Source: Macrostomum lignano
Taxonomy: Eukaryota
DNA: 64,000 nt
Direction of reading: 5' to 3'
Assembly (NCBI GenBank): GCA_002269645.1
Contig: NIVC01000618.1
Location: 372,001 to 436,000 of the forward strand
The position numbers and the translations under genes were made by a program. The notes below the pieces were generated by a model that searched no databases, had not been told where the DNA came from, and worked only from the letters and a program-made list of their open reading frames with translations. Positions 41,022-56,760 of the stretch are shown here, piece by piece. The first letter of the stretch is position 1. Every line of letters starts with the position of its first letter.

Positions 41022-42045
41022 GCTACTTCTCGTGTCTATTTCTTACTTATATACTTCTCATGTCTACCTTTCACTGTCTACTTCTCGTGTCTACCTTTCA
41101 CTTGTCTACTTCTCGTATCTACCTTTTACTTGTCTACTTCTCGTGTCTACCTTTCACTTGTCTACTTCTCGTATCTACCTTTTACTTGTCTACTTCTCGT
41201 GTCTACCTTTCACTTGTCTACTTCTCGTATCTACCTTTTACTTGTCTACTTCGTGTCTACCTTTCACTTGTCTACTTCTCGTATCTACCTTTTACTTGTC
41301 TACTTCTCGTGTCTACCTTTCACTTGTCTACTTCTCGTATCTACCTTTTACTTGTCTACTTCTCGTGTCTACCTTTCACTTGTCTACTTCTCGTATCTAC
41401 CTTTTACTTGTCTACTTCGTGTCTACCTTTCACTTGTCTACTTCTCGTATCTACCTTTTACTTGTCTACTTCTCGTGTCTACCTTTCACTTGTCTACTTC
41501 TCGTGTCTATTTCTTACTTATATACTTCTCATGTCTACCTTTCACTGTCTACTTCTCGTGTCTACCTTTCACTTGTCTACTTCTCGTATCTACCTTTTAC
41601 TTGTCTACTTCTCGTGTCTACCTTTCACTTGTCTACTTCTCGTATCTACCTTTTACTTGTCTACTTCTCGTATCTACCTTTTACTTGTCTACTTCTCGTA
41701 TCTACCTTTTACTTGTCTACTTCTCGTGTCTACCTTTCACTTGTCTACTTCTCGTATCTACCTTTTACTTGTCTACTTCTCGTGTCTGCCTTTCACTTGT
41801 CTACTTCTCGTGCCTACCTTTCACTTGTCTACTTCTCGTGTCTGCCTTTTACTTGTCTACTTCTCATGTCTACCTTTCACTTGTCTACTTCTCGTATCTA
41901 CCTTTCACTTTTCTACTTCTCGTATCTACCTTTCACTTGTCTACTTCTCGTGTCTACCTTTCACTTGTCTACTTCTCGTATCTACCTTTTAGTTGTCTAC
42001 TTCTCGTGTCTACCTTTCACTTGTCTACTTCTAGTGTCTCGTGTC
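41022..42045 (+). repeat. ~28-bp minisatellite (TCTACTTCTCGTGTCTACCTTTCACTTG) with a ~470-bp block duplication
   Basis: The variant TCTTACTTATATAC appears at 41041 and again at 41512. Confidence 0.95.
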
Positions 42046-42272
42046 TAGATCACTGTTAGAATAGCGGGTTTGACTCGGGACAATAGAAAAAATGGACAAC
42101 AGAGCAAAAAAGCCAGAAAAAGACGATAGTTACTTTATGGGTCTAATATATATGTATATACGAGCGTATTATTGTCACGACAAATAAGAAAATAATGTGT
42201 TTTATGTGTAGTCAAACTCTTGCAATTCAGCAAACACCTTCCCATTCTTCCCTCTCTCTCTCTCTCTTAATC

Positions 42273-43295
42273 TCACTCATCGGCGGTGGCCTGCCGATAG
42301 GAGCCGGGGAAGTACGGCGGCGGAGCATTCAGGTTGGCCGGCTGCTTCAGGGCGTCCTCGTATTTGGGCGGCACCGGCGGCACCGGCGGGTGCATCATCA
42401 GCAGGTGCGGATCGGTGGCCGTCTCGGAGTCCATGTCGTCGTCCTCGGCGTCAAATTCGCCGAGGCCGCGTCGGACAGAGCGGAGATGGCCGGCCTCCTT
42501 GCGCAGCAGGAACTTGTAGCAGGCCCAGACCATGCCTAGCAGGTAAGCCTTGACCATCAGGTACAGCATGCAGGCTACCAGCATCACGAAGCCAAGGGTG
42601 GCATCGTCCAGGCCAAGGAGGAAGCGGCGAACGGCGGCGTCGTGCGGCCAGCGATGTCCGGACAGCCAGGCCTTGGCGTCGGGCAGGTAGGAGAAATAGC
42701 CGACCACGGTGAGACAGTTGATGACAAAGTCGAACAGCTGCATGCAGAAGTAGGGCATGAGGTACTTGGCCCGCTCCCGCAGGGTGCCAACCACCAGCAG
42801 CAGGGCGAGCAGCAGGCTGACAAGGCCGATCAGCAGCAGCAGGGCGTGGTCCTGACGGCGCAGCTTGTGATGCCGGCGAAGGTTGCCGGCGCCGCCGACT
42901 TCAATAGCTGGCAGCGACGGTTCGTCGACCGACTCGGCGGCGGCGGAGGCCGACGGAGCAGCGGTGGGCACCACATTCGGCAAAACGTCACCGACGCCTT
43001 TGGCATCCGGCTGATTAGTCGACAAGTCGGAGCTGGCGGCGCCGTTGCCAAGGCGACCGCCGATGCAGGACAGCAGGCTCGGATTGATGAGCACAGCCAG
43101 CAGGAAGCTGACTACGAATAGCTGCACCCACACCTGCCACAGGCCCAGCAGCAGGGTGCCGGTCTTCACGTGCAGGCACAGGCAGCAGCGGTATTCAGCG
43201 GCATTGGCAGCGGCAGGGTCCAGATCCCCCGCTGAGCGGCCAGAGCTGCCGCGCTCGCGTAGCGTCTGGCCCGGTCGGAGTAGGCGGAATATCAT
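42273..43295 (-). CDS. LAPTM4: Lysosomal-associated transmembrane protein 4-like (Mtp family), single coding exon
   Basis: CCLCLHVKTGTLLLGLW, YLMPYFCMQLFDF, VWACYKFL and C-terminal PY-type motifs PPKY and PPPY. ATG at 43295, acceptor CACAG at 43329. Confidence 0.9.
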   Translation of the reverse strand: MIFRLLRPGQTLRERGSSGRSAGDLDPAAANAAEYRCCLCLHVKTGTLLLGLWQVWVQLFVVSFLLAVLINPSLLSCIGGRLGNGAASSDLSTNQPDAKGVGDVLPNVVPTAAPSASAAAESVDEPSLPAIEVGGAGNLRRHHKLRRQDHALLLLIGLVSLLLALLLVVGTLRERAKYLMPYFCMQLFDFVINCLTVVGYFSYLPDAKAWLSGHRWPHDAAVRRFLLGLDDATLGFVMLVACMLYLMVKAYLLGMVWACYKFLLRKEAGHLRSVRRGLGEFDAEDDDMDSETATDPHLLMMHPPVPPVPPKYEDALKQPANLNAPPPYFPGSYRQATADE

Positions 43296-43344
43296 TGCCA
43301 GTGGCTGCGGGCGGGCGGCGGGGACTGCCTGTGAGATCCCTGAG

Positions 43345-45540
43345 TCCCAAAATCCCACCTGTCTGTGATATAGCTAGTCCATAAATCTCACCTGTCTGTG
43401 ATATAGCTAGTCCATAAATCTCACCTGTCTGTGATATAGCTAGTCCATAAATCTCACCTGTCTGTGATATAGCTAGTCCATAAATCTCACCTGTCTGTGA
43501 TATAGCTAGTCCATAAATCTCACCTGTCTGTGATATAGCTAGTCCATAAATCTCACCTGTCTGTGATATAGCTAGTCCATAAATCTCACCTGTCTGTGAT
43601 ATAGCTAGTCCATAAATCCCACCTGTCTGTGATACAGCTAATCCATAAATCTCACCTGTCTGTGATATAGCTAATCCATAAATCTCACCTGTCTGTGATA
43701 CAGCTAATCCATAAATCCCACCTGTCTGTGATATAGCTAGTCCATAAATCTCACCTGTCTGTGATATAGCTAGTCCATAAATCTCACCTGTCTGTGATAT
43801 AGCTAGTCCATAAATCTCACCTGTCTGTGATATAGCTAGTCCATAAATCTCACCTGTCTGTGATATAGCTAGTCCCCTAAATCCCACCTGTCTGCGATAT
43901 AGCTAGTCCATAAATCTCACCTGTCTGTGATATAGCTAGTCCCCTAAATCTCACCTGTCTGTGATATAGCTAGTCCCCTAAATCTCACCTGTCTGTGATA
44001 TAGCTAGTCCATAAATCTCACCTGTCTGTGATATAGCTAGTCCATAAATCTCACCTGTCTGTGATATAGCTAGTCCATAAATCTCACCTGTCTGTGATAT
44101 AGCTAGTCCCCTAAATCCCACCTGTCTGTGATATAGCTAGTCCATAAATCTCACCTGTCTGTGATATAGCTAGTCCATAAATCTCACCTGTCTGTGATAT
44201 AGCTAGTCCCCTAAATCTCACCTGTCTGTGATAGCTAGTCCATAAATCTCACCTGTCTGTGATATAGCTAGTCCATAAATCTCACCTGTCTGTGATATAG
44301 CTAGTCCATAAATCTCACCTGTCTGTGATATAGCTAGTCCATAAATCTCACCTGTCTGTGATATAGCTAGTCCATAAATCTCACCTGTCTGTGATATAGC
44401 TAGTCCATAAATCTCACCTGTCTGTGATATAGCTAGTCCATAAATCTCACCTGTCTGTGATATAGCTAGTCCATAAATCTCACCTGTCTGTGATATAGCT
44501 AGTCCCCTAAATCTCACCTGTCTGTGATATAGCTAGTCCCTTAAATCTCACCTGTCTGTGATATAGCTAGTCCCCTAAATCTCACCTGTCTGTGATATAG
44601 CTAGTCCATAAATCTCACCTGTCTGTGATATAGCTAGTCCATAAATCTCACCTGTCTGTGATATAGCTAGTCCATAAATCTCACCTGTCTGTGATATAGC
44701 TAGTCCATAAATCCCACCTGTCTGTGATATAGCTAGTCCATAAATCTCACCTGTCTGTGATATAGCTAGTCCATAAATCCCACCTGTCTGTGATATAGCT
44801 AGTCCATAAATCCCACCTGTCTGTGATATAGCTAGTCCATAAATCTCACCTGTCTGTGATATAGCTAGTCCATAAATCTCACCTGTCTGTGATATAGCTA
44901 GTCCATAAATCCCACCTGTCTGTGATATAGCTAGTCCCCTAAATCTCACCTGTCTGTGATATAGCTAGTCCCCTAAATCTCACCTGTCTGTGATATAGCT
45001 AGTCCCCTAAATCTCACCTGTCTGTGATATAGCTAGTCCATAAATCTCACCTGTCTGTGATATAGCTAGTCAATAAATCTCACATGGCTATGATATAGCT
45101 AGTCCCCTAAATCCCACCTGTCTGTGATATAGCTAGTCCATAAATCTCACCTGTCTGTGATATAGCTAGTCAATAAATCTCACCTGTCTGTGATATAGCT
45201 AGTCAATAAATCTCACATGGCTATGATATAGCTAGTCCCCTAAATCCCACCTGTCTGTGATATAGCTAGTCCATAAATCTCACATGGCTGTGATATAGCT
45301 AGTCCCCTAAATCTCACCTGTCTGTGATATAGCTAGTCCATAAATCTCACCTGTCTGTGATATAGCTAGTCCATCAATCTCACCTGTCTGTGATATAGCT
45401 AGTCCATAAATCTCACCTGTCTGTGATATAGCTAGTCCATAAATCTCACCTGTCTGTGATATAGCTAGTCCATAAATCCCACCTGTCTGTGATATAGCTA
45501 GTCCCCTAAATCTCACCTGTCTGTGATATAGCTAGTCCAA
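43345..45540 (-). repeat. 33-bp minisatellite (ATCACAGACAGGTGAGATTTATGGACTAGCTAT)
   Basis: About 2.2 kb between the TLDc gene 3' end and LAPTM4; source of the GLAISQTGEIY ORFs. Confidence 0.97.
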
Positions 45541-46049
45541 ATATATTATATCCAGCCGAAAGTAAAACACAATTAAACATACTTTATCCTAAAAATAGCA
45601 TAAACAATTGCACAATAGAATTTATTTAGAACACTTTATTCAAGTCAAGCTAGTAATCAAGCAAAAGAAATGAATAGCAATCGATACATAAAATACAACA
45701 GGAACTTGATAATGATTCTCTTATATAATTATGAATTATAAGAAGGTTCATCTAACCTACTAAATATATTTAAGAAATGCAGATGCTGCAAAATTGATTC
45801 TGAATAAAACGTGGATACAAGCAATCTACGATATAATTAATAAAAAATATACAATTGTCTGACAAATATGTTTACCAAAACACTATGGCTGACTGAAGAG
45901 TGAATCAATAGAATGCAATCATAGTGTTTAGGTTGACTATAACTTTTATAAAATATTTTTCACTGGATGGTATTAAGTCCACTTGAAGAACCGTTAAGCT
46001 TAGCTACTTGTGATAGGAAAGAGACTTTAACAGAGAATTTACTAGCTCT

Positions 46050-46545
46050 TTCGGGGAATTTAGTTGATTTTTGGGGTATATAGTAAATCCTTGGGAGAAG
46101 TTAGTTAATTCTTTGGGGAATTAGTTTATTCTTTAGGGAATTTAGTTAATTAATGGGTTCAAAATGTTTTTGATTCTCTGAGATTCTGAGATTTTAGTTG
46201 ATTCTTGGGGGAATTTAGTAGCTTCTAAGGGGGAATTTAGTAGCTTCTAAGGGGGAATTTAGTAGCTTCTAAGGGGGAATTTAATGGTTTTGGGGGAATT
46301 TAGTTGATTTTTTGGAGAATTTAGTTGATTTTTTTGGGGAATTTAAATAATTTTTTGGGGAATTCAGTTGATTTTTGTGAAATTTTGTTGATTATGGGGG
46401 AATTTAGTAGCTTTTAAGGGGGAATTTAATGTTTTTGGGGGAATTTAGTTGATTCTTTGGAGAATTCAGTTGATTTTTGGGGGAATTTTGTTGATTTGTT
46501 AAGGGAATTTAGTCGATTTGTTGGGGGAATTTAGTCGATTCTTGT
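46050..46545 (+). repeat. Degenerate ~20-bp repeat (GGGGAATTTAGTTGATTTTT) in the TLDc gene 3' region
   Basis: Direct inspection. Confidence 0.8.
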
Positions 46546-46616
46546 ATGCCAGTGAAATAGCAAAGAGAAACGCTTAGAAAGACCGGAGCCCGAGAAATTC
46601 AGCAACTATAACAAAT

Positions 46617-48465
<1,849 letters not shown>

Positions 48466-48649
48466 TCAAATTCCTTTCTTTTTACAGTGGATTGGAGAAT
48501 ACCGCTGGCTGTAATGTTGGGAAAAAACAACTGAGTTTATGCTGCCGCCTGAGGACTTTCCTGAGCTAATGGTCATTATGTCCACTTTATCAGCTGTCTC
48601 ACCTGTCTGCTCTGTATTTTATCTTGATTCGGGTTCTCACTCCCTACTG

Positions 48650-49520
48650 ACTGTCTCCCCCGCTAATCTGTCTCACCCTCTACTCGGACTGTCTCACCCT
48701 CTACTATAACTGTCTTACACTCTACTATAACTGTCTCACACTCTACTATAACTGTCTCACACTCTACTCGGACTGTCTCACACTCTACTCGGACTGTCCC
48801 ACTCTCTACTCTAACTGTCTCACTCTCTAGTCTAACTGTCTCACACTCTACTCTGACTGTCTCACACTCTACTATAACTGTCTCACACTCTACTCTAACT
48901 GTCTCACACTCTACTCTAACTGTCTCACACTCTGCTCTAACTGTCTCACACTCTACTCTAACTGTCTCACACTCTACTCTAACTGTCTCACACTCTACTC
49001 TAACTGTCTCACACTCTACTCTAACTGTCTCACACTCTACTCTAACTGTCTCACACTCTACTCTCTCTAACTGTCCCACTCTCTACTCTAACTGTCCCAC
49101 TCTCTACTCTAACTGTCTCACACTCTACTCTGACTGTCTCACACTCTACTCTGACTGTCTCTCTCTACTCTAACTGTCCCACAATCTACTCTAACTGTCT
49201 CACACTCTACTCTGACTGTCTCTCTCTACTCTAACTGTCCCACACTCTACTCTAACTGTCCCACCCTCTACTCTAACTGTCTCACACTCTACTCTATCTG
49301 TCCCACTCTCTACTCTAACTGTCTCACACTCTACTCTGACTGTCTCTCTCTACTCTAACTGTCCCAAACTCTACTCTAACTGTCCCACCCTCTACTCTAA
49401 CTGTCCCACCCTCTACTCTAACTGCCCCACACTCTACTCTAACTGCCCCACCCTCTACTCTAACTGTCTCACACTCTACTATAACTGTCTCACCCTTTAC
49501 CCTGACTGTCTCACCCTCTA
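48650..49520 (+). repeat. 21-bp minisatellite (CTCTACTCTAACTGTCTCACA)
   Basis: Between SSR2 and the TLDc gene. Confidence 0.95.
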
Positions 49521-50262
49521 CTCAATGCGAAATAACTATGAGTATAACAAAGGAATGACAAGCAAAAAGGCCCACAAAGCTCCACAGACAGACAGGACCC
49601 GACGCAGGGCAACTTTAATCGGTCAGCACTTCAGCAGACGCAACAGCCAACAAAAAGACGAACAGTTTCCCCCCGGCTAGCAAGGTTGCAGAAGCAAACA
49701 AGAGCAAATAACAAGAAACAAAAGACTATTAATGTGAAAAGGGCTCAGTGAACTAATCCCGAGCATGGCACAGACAGAGACAAAACGAGCACAATAATTA
49801 TGATGAGAATAAACATAATTGAATATTGATTAAAACGCTCGATTGGTTTATTCAATGCAGAAATCAGTTTTGTTGCTATAGCTATTATAAAGTTCATAAA
49901 TAGAAATTTAAAGATGTATATACTACTATTAATAGACAGGACGAAAACATCGAATGAATATAATTTAAACAAAAAACACCAACTTTACTACTAAACTGTG
50001 ACACGACCAGGCTTAGAGAAATTCTCTTGTGAAAAAAATAATGGCAAAAGAAGAAAAAAAGCAACACAGGAAAAACACTGATGCAAAGAGAGAGAGAGAG
50101 AGCCGTTCGCAAAAACGGCTTAACATAACGATTATATTTCATACCTCTATTTCATAATGTATAACAACTAATCAGTAAGTTCACGTCTCGGAATAGTAAG
50201 TAGGTACCTAAACCCGCTTATTACTAATCCTAATATTATAGCATTCGACTTAATCCATTTGT

Positions 50263-52421
50263 TTAATTATTCTTCCTGCTACTGTGCGAGGCCAGGTTGG
50301 AGTACTTGCGCACGGAGGCGTACCAGAGCAGGAACGGAATGATAATTGACGGCGTAGTCATCATGCCGAAGGTCAGCCAGTCCATCTGCGAGTCGGCGTG
50401 GCAGGGTTAGCAACAGATGCCTTAGCGTGGACTGGGGACGAGTCTCAGGGTAGACTGGGGACGATTCTCAGGGTAGACTGGGGACAACTCTCAGGGTAGA
50501 CTGGGGACAACTCTCAGGGTAGACTGGGGACGATTCTCAGGGTAGACTGGGGACAACTCTCAGGGTAGACTGGGGACAACTCTCAGGGTAGACTGGGGAC
50601 AACTCTCAGGGTAGACTGAGGACAACTCTCAGGGTAGACTGGGGACAACTCTCAGGGTAGACTGAGGGACGATTCTCAGGGTAGACTGGGGACAACTCTC
50701 AGGGTGGATTAGGGACGATTCTCAAAGTAGATTGGGGACGATTCTCAGGGTAGACTGGGGACGATTCTCAGGGTGGATTGGGGACGAGTCTCAGGGTAGA
50801 CTGAGGACGATTCTCAGGGTGGATTGGGGACGAGTGTCAGGGTAGACTGGGGACGACTCTCAGGGTAGACTGGGGACGATTCTCAGGGTAGATTGGGGAC
50901 GATTCTCTGGGTAGATTGGAGACGATTCTCAGGGTGGATTGGGGACGAGTGTCAGGGTAGACTGGGGACGACTCTCAGGGTAGACTGGGGACGATTCTCA
51001 GGGTAGATTGGAGACGATTCTCAGGGTGGATTGGGGACGAGTGTCAGGGTAGACTGGGGACGACTCTCAGGGTAGACTGGGGACGATTCTCAGGGTGGAT
51101 TGGGGACGACTCTCAGAGTAGACTGGGGACGATTCTCAGGGTAGACTGGAGACGATTCTCAGGGTGGATTTGGGACGGTTCTCAAGGTAGATTGGGGACG
51201 ATTCTCAGAGCAGATTGAAGACGATTCTCAAAGTAGATTGGGGACGACACTAATAGCAAAAAGTGAGGTACTCTAAGGACATAAGAATTGAATGGTTATA
51301 AGGGTATATATCGGTAATAATTTCAGCCGATACTCACAGCGTGGGCAGAGAACTGCCTATCATAATCAGCCGTTTCAATCACAGCAATCTCCCCAGGCGA
51401 GGTTGTATAGCCAACAGTAGATCCAGTAGCCTCGTCGCTAACTTTATAGCGCATCACGGCGTGGCTGGCATTAAATACGAAGGTCTGCAGCGGTGTCAGG
51501 ATCAACGTGTGACTAACATTGGCCCCGGGTGGCAGCCTGGTCCACCTGACGTGCTGGAAGCCCGACCGGACCGCGAAGTAATCAATTGGGAAGCCGTCCT
51601 CTTCCAGCTGGACGTTCATGGCCGCCCTAAGATGGTAATCAGGTATCGGTCGATGCTTTGGTGTATATTATAGGGGAAATCCGCAGTGATTAATGCCCAT
51701 TCAACTCGACCCAAAACCACCGATACCTCCGGCATTTTCAGGCCTGAGAATCTCTGATATGTTGGACCCAGGGTGACCCGCTGTAAGTTGTACATCACAT
51801 GTGTACCCAATCACAGCAGGATGAACTGCAGCTCAGCTAAATTAATCACTCGCGATGAAAACGGTACCCAGGCCAAGAAGCGTCCCACAGTGACTTGCGT
51901 CGCCCCCCGAGTCGTTTACAGATAAAACAGGTAAAAAAAGGAAAGAAGTGACTCCAGACGACTCTAAAATGACGAGTTGTCACGGTGATAGAGTCACGGT
52001 GCTCTGGTGCTAGTCGCTATCTGCGTCACTATGAATTAGAATCGCATTTCGCATTTATAACAACTCTATTTAGTCTAATTGAGTTAGTAGACAATTAAGC
52101 GCTAAAACAACGTCTTTTGGAGGACTTTTTGCAAATGTTTTATGATTCTGCAATTCTACAACTAACTAACCGCGGCCAACTCTGCTTAACTTTCAGACGC
52201 TTGATAAATATCACAATCGATTTAATACAAAAATATCAGACTCACTTATCGCCAACATTATAGATGTCATACTGCACAGTGACATCCATGCCCTTGACGA
52301 TCAGATTGTTAGCGATGCTCTTGACGCCAATAAGTTGGGCTCCGCCATCGGAATCTGCAGCAGCGCCGCAGGTGAAAATGACTAAGCCAATTAGAAAGGC
52401 GCAAGCGGTCAGCTGGGACAT
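50263..52421 (-). CDS. SSR2: Translocon-associated protein subunit beta (TRAP-beta), 3 exons
   Basis: Exons 52421-52246, 51626-51338, 50385-50263 (phases 2,0). Signal peptide, then [57 protein letters not shown]. Confidence 0.95.
50435..51250 (+). repeat. 23-bp G-rich minisatellite (TCTCAGGGTAGACTGGGGACGAT), SSR2 intron 2
   Basis: Direct inspection. Confidence 0.95.
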
Positions 52422-52762
52422 GGCTGATGCAGTGTCAGTGGCATGCATTGGTTTTTAATTTAAATTCTATGTTGATATGCCAATACACTATTTTAGTTGT
52501 ATTGCAATGCTTATTAGATAATAATTCAAGTCTTGTACACTAAAATTATTTAGGGTTATTGTCTTAACAATAAAAATACAAAAAAACAATGCTGTATATT
52601 CTATAAATTATAATGTTTTATAAAACTTTAATATATTACATATACAACTTTACAAATTTTTGATAGTGCCAGTTAGACTAAAAAGTTAAGCTGCAGTGTA
52701 CATTACACTTGTAGTTTGTATCAGCTATTCAATTCCTACAGCATTAATACATACATTGAGTG

Positions 52763-53167
52763 CAGGGGTTGGCAACCTTTTCAGAGCAAGGGCCAAATAG
52801 CCAGATTTTTCGAGGGCTCGGGCCAATAACACAAAGTGAAAACCATAGTTGTATTGTGATAGTCTAAACAAACATTTTTTCAATTGATGATAATCAAAAC
52901 CACAATCTCACCCCAACCCTTGAGATTCCCCCACCAAAATATGCCCTATTCTTTCTCTTTTTAATCTAACCCCAATAACCATCCCTTCTAGAAACATTCA
53001 AACCTGCAACCTATCTTTTTCCCATAAGAGGCCAACACAGAATGGGGATAAGAAAGGTAAAAGCAGGAGGGAAAGAGAGGGAGAGAGAAGGTAGAATAAA
53101 AGTATATAAGGCTTGATGCAATGCAAGATCATCGAGGGCCTTGGGGGCCAGAGGTTGTCAACCCCTG
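52763..53167. mobile_element. hAT-like MITE
   Basis: TIRs CAGGGGTTGGCAACC / GGTTGTCAACCCCTG; 8-bp flanks ATTGAGTG / ATCTAGTG match at 6 of 8 positions. Confidence 0.75.
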
Positions 53168-54076
53168 ATCTAGTGTATATAAATAAATAAATATACATTG
53201 AACATTATTTTACAATTACCTATAGCTTATACTCAATAGTTTTAACATAATTGATAAATGAGAATAATTACAATATTCAATTAGAAATGGGACAAATATT
53301 TAGAATAGTTGGAATTGAATCTACTCAACTAAATATTCAATAGTTGCTTTGATATGGGGCAAAGATTTGGAACAAGTCAGAGTTAAGTATTAGAGCTATG
53401 GCTTAAATTAAAGGAAAGAATTAAGGATAATTGTGCTCTAAAAAAGTCAGAAGGATTAGGCATGACAATTAAGCCCATTATGTTAAGATTTGAAAAGGAA
53501 TAAATGGCTAGGAAGTTTTAGTCTAAAAAGTCAAGAGTGTTAAGGGTTGTAGGCATTAAGAATCAAGTTTATAGAACATGGATTTGGGGGCACTGATTCT
53601 TACAAACTTAGAGTAAGGTTGGCATTTGGTCTAGGCATACTTCATTAGACAAAAAATAACAAATATGCTTGTAATATATAAGAAACTATAAAATATTTAA
53701 ATATTAAAATTAAAATAAGAGTATAATAATAACTTTAAAATTTAGAATTAGGGTTAAAAGTTATATATAATGTCTATGCAAAAAGGTTGTTTAATATATT
53801 GCAAACTTATAAGATAAGTTAATTAAAATAAACAATAAATTCAAGGTAGGATTTCAATTTAGCTAATTATTAACTAATCATAAAGTTTGCTATTTATTAT
53901 AATTTTATTACTATTTGACCCATTAACTATTATTTTAATTTTTCAATATATTTTTATTATTAACTATGATCAACTATTTTTATGATTACGTAACTATAGC
54001 TTAGTAACTGTAATTTATTTTTTAAGTGTCTTATTTTAAGTGATTTTATAAAAAAATTGCTTAGTATAGACTTAGT

Positions 54077-54777
54077 AGGGCCTACTCCATAGTCTAGATC
54101 ATGCTAGATGCATGCCCAAACAAAAATTGAACAATTACAAATGCATGTTGATGCATGCCAAAAAAAGTTTTGAGTGCATACCAGCCAAAAAATGAAATAT
54201 ATATTTTGCAAAATATATTCTAATTCAAATTGAAAATAAAATTCACAAAAACCAAATATATTTTAAAAGTAATTTAAAAAATTACACAATTTTATTGCCT
54301 ATAATTTATTTTCTTTGGCTATAACAATTATGGCAAAAAATCAATAAGCTTTAAGATTTGTTAAGATGTATCATTACAAGTTTAAAAAACTAAAAGCTTG
54401 AATACTTGTATAACTTTTGCTGACATAGTTTTAGACATATCTTACAACACTTTTGACATTTAAAATGTCACAAAGTGTTAGAAAAAGTGTTGGAAGATAT
54501 GTCTGAAAATGGGTTGGTGAAAGTTAATTGTTATGACATTTTTGCCAATACTTTTTGCAACATTTGTGTTTGAAAATGTGTTGGCAAAAGTTATTGGCAT
54601 CTTTAATTTATGCTTAAAAGTGAACTTATTAATTTTTTTCACTTAATACAAATTCTACTATATGATTGTATAAAGTGCATACCAGGTATGTATGCCAAAC
54701 TTTTGGCATACAAAGCCAATGCATGCCCAAATTTTTAGGCATATACTAGGCCCTATATGATCTAGAATGTGGAGCCT
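54077..54777. mobile_element. Decayed MITE with internal inverted repeats
   Basis: CTCCATAGTCTAGATCAT near 54084-54102 mirrors ATGATCTAGAATGTGGAG near 54757-54774. Confidence 0.45.
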
Positions 54778-55434
54778 ATTATTATGTTCTACAAAGATAA
54801 AGTATTTATTATAGCAATAAATATAGCAATGAATAAAAAGATAAGCCTAGTATTACCTTATATATTTATATGTTGTTTATATAAATTGATCTACTACCAG
54901 TAGTTATAATAGAGTATAACAATTTTTTATAAAATAGGGATAGTTAAGACAATAATATAAATCTTTACTTTATAGCTATAAAAGCAAATATCCAATTTAA
55001 CTCCTTTTTAGATGTCTTCAAAAATTCATTTTTAATTAGGCCTAGCAACTCCTAACCTAAGCCTATTGTACTCTGATATAAAAACTACTTTATGATATAG
55101 AGATTTTATTAAGATTTTGAAAGTTATTTTATTAATAACTTTTTATTTCATTTGATAAATCTTACAAAGAGCTTGCGTGCATAGTAGTTGTTTACCCAGT
55201 GTTTAAATTATGTGTATAGCAGCCACATCTTAGGCCCTAACATAAATTACAGTATGTTATATACTGCTTAAATTATTGGAAATTAATATTCAAATTAACA
55301 AAAAATAGCTATGAATTAAGATTACATTGTACATGGGATAAAACAAATAATAAATTGTTTAATAAGCTCAGTGAGTAGCAATGTGCAGATTTGAGAAAAA
55401 GGGTCCAATTTGGAATTTGCTATATTGCCCATCT

Positions 55435-55800
55435 GCTGGCTGCTATGCATGTAATTAAAATTAGGTAGATGGCTGCTATGCATATAATTAAAATTAGGTA
55501 GATGGGTGCTATGCATGTAATTAAAATTAGGTAGATGGCTACTATGCATGTAATTAAAATTAGGTAGATGGCTGCTATGCATGTAATTAAAATTAGGTAG
55601 ATGGCTGCTATGCATGTAATTAAAATTAGGTAGATGGCTACTATGCATGTAATTAAAATTAGGTAGATGGCTGCTATGCATGTAATTAAAATTAGGTAGA
55701 TGGCTGCTATGCATGTAATTAAAATTAGGTAGATGGCTGCTATGCATGTAATTAAAATTAGGTAGACGGCTACAATGCATGCAATTAAATACTAAATGGA
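55435..55800 (+). repeat. 33-bp minisatellite (GCTGCTATGCATGTAATTAAAATTAGGTAGATG)
   Basis: About 11 copies; resembles subterminal units of the Mutator-like MITE at 56761. Confidence 0.9.
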
Positions 55801-56760
55801 TAGCTGCTGTGCACACAATTAAAATACTAGATGAATGGCTCAATTGAAGGCAGTTGTTATTGTTACAATGACCATATAAATAACAAAATAGGGCATTCTT
55901 CTCAAATTGTTTATTAAACTATTTTTTGCATTTTCTCTACTTTAGAAGCTGATTTTAGCATGTTTAGACATTCTTCAAGCTATTGAAATAGTAAAAGTGA
56001 CAACTTTGTTTTTAAGGACTCTTTTCTGTTTTATTTTTAGCAATTCCTAACAATTCAAGGGTGGCCTCCTGGTATGGTGATGATAGACTGAATGGTTAGT
56101 TAATAGTCTTAGCAAGAACTAATTAGCAATAAGAACATAAGTCTCAGTGCTTAGACTTCCTCTCCCTCTAACCAACTTGTCCCTTTGGGCTATAGACACT
56201 TCCAACAAGCATCAGTGCCATATTAGACAACATGTGTTAGATTTTCATCTTTCAAAAATTTGTATTTTCTATTTTGCAACTTAGCCTTGTACTTTTCAGT
56301 TAGCCGACTCCCTTTGTCTATCATGCTTTTTCCCATAGACAATCTTAGCCATTAATTTATCATAGATAGGCTTATTTCAGCTAACCTGTTTGCTATGTTA
56401 GTAAATACTTAAAGTTTAATTTGCAACCTAGGCCCTTCACTTATTTTTAGCCTCATTCTAGAGATGGAAAAAGTCCTTAATAAATAGTTGTTAATTTTAT
56501 TATTTTAATAGCTTGGTAGGATGTCTAAACATGCTAAAATCAGCTTTTAAAATGAAAAAAATGCAAAAAAACATTGAAAAAATAGTTTAATAAACAATTT
56601 GAGAAAAATGCCCAAAATTGTTATATTAATTTATATTTAGTTAAGGGCCTAACATATAAGACACTATCTAGGCCTAGGGTTTTTACTTAATGGAACCATA
56701 TAAATAGCAATTGTTATTTTTATGGTCACTATAGATAGGATGCAAAATGGTTATTTTTAT

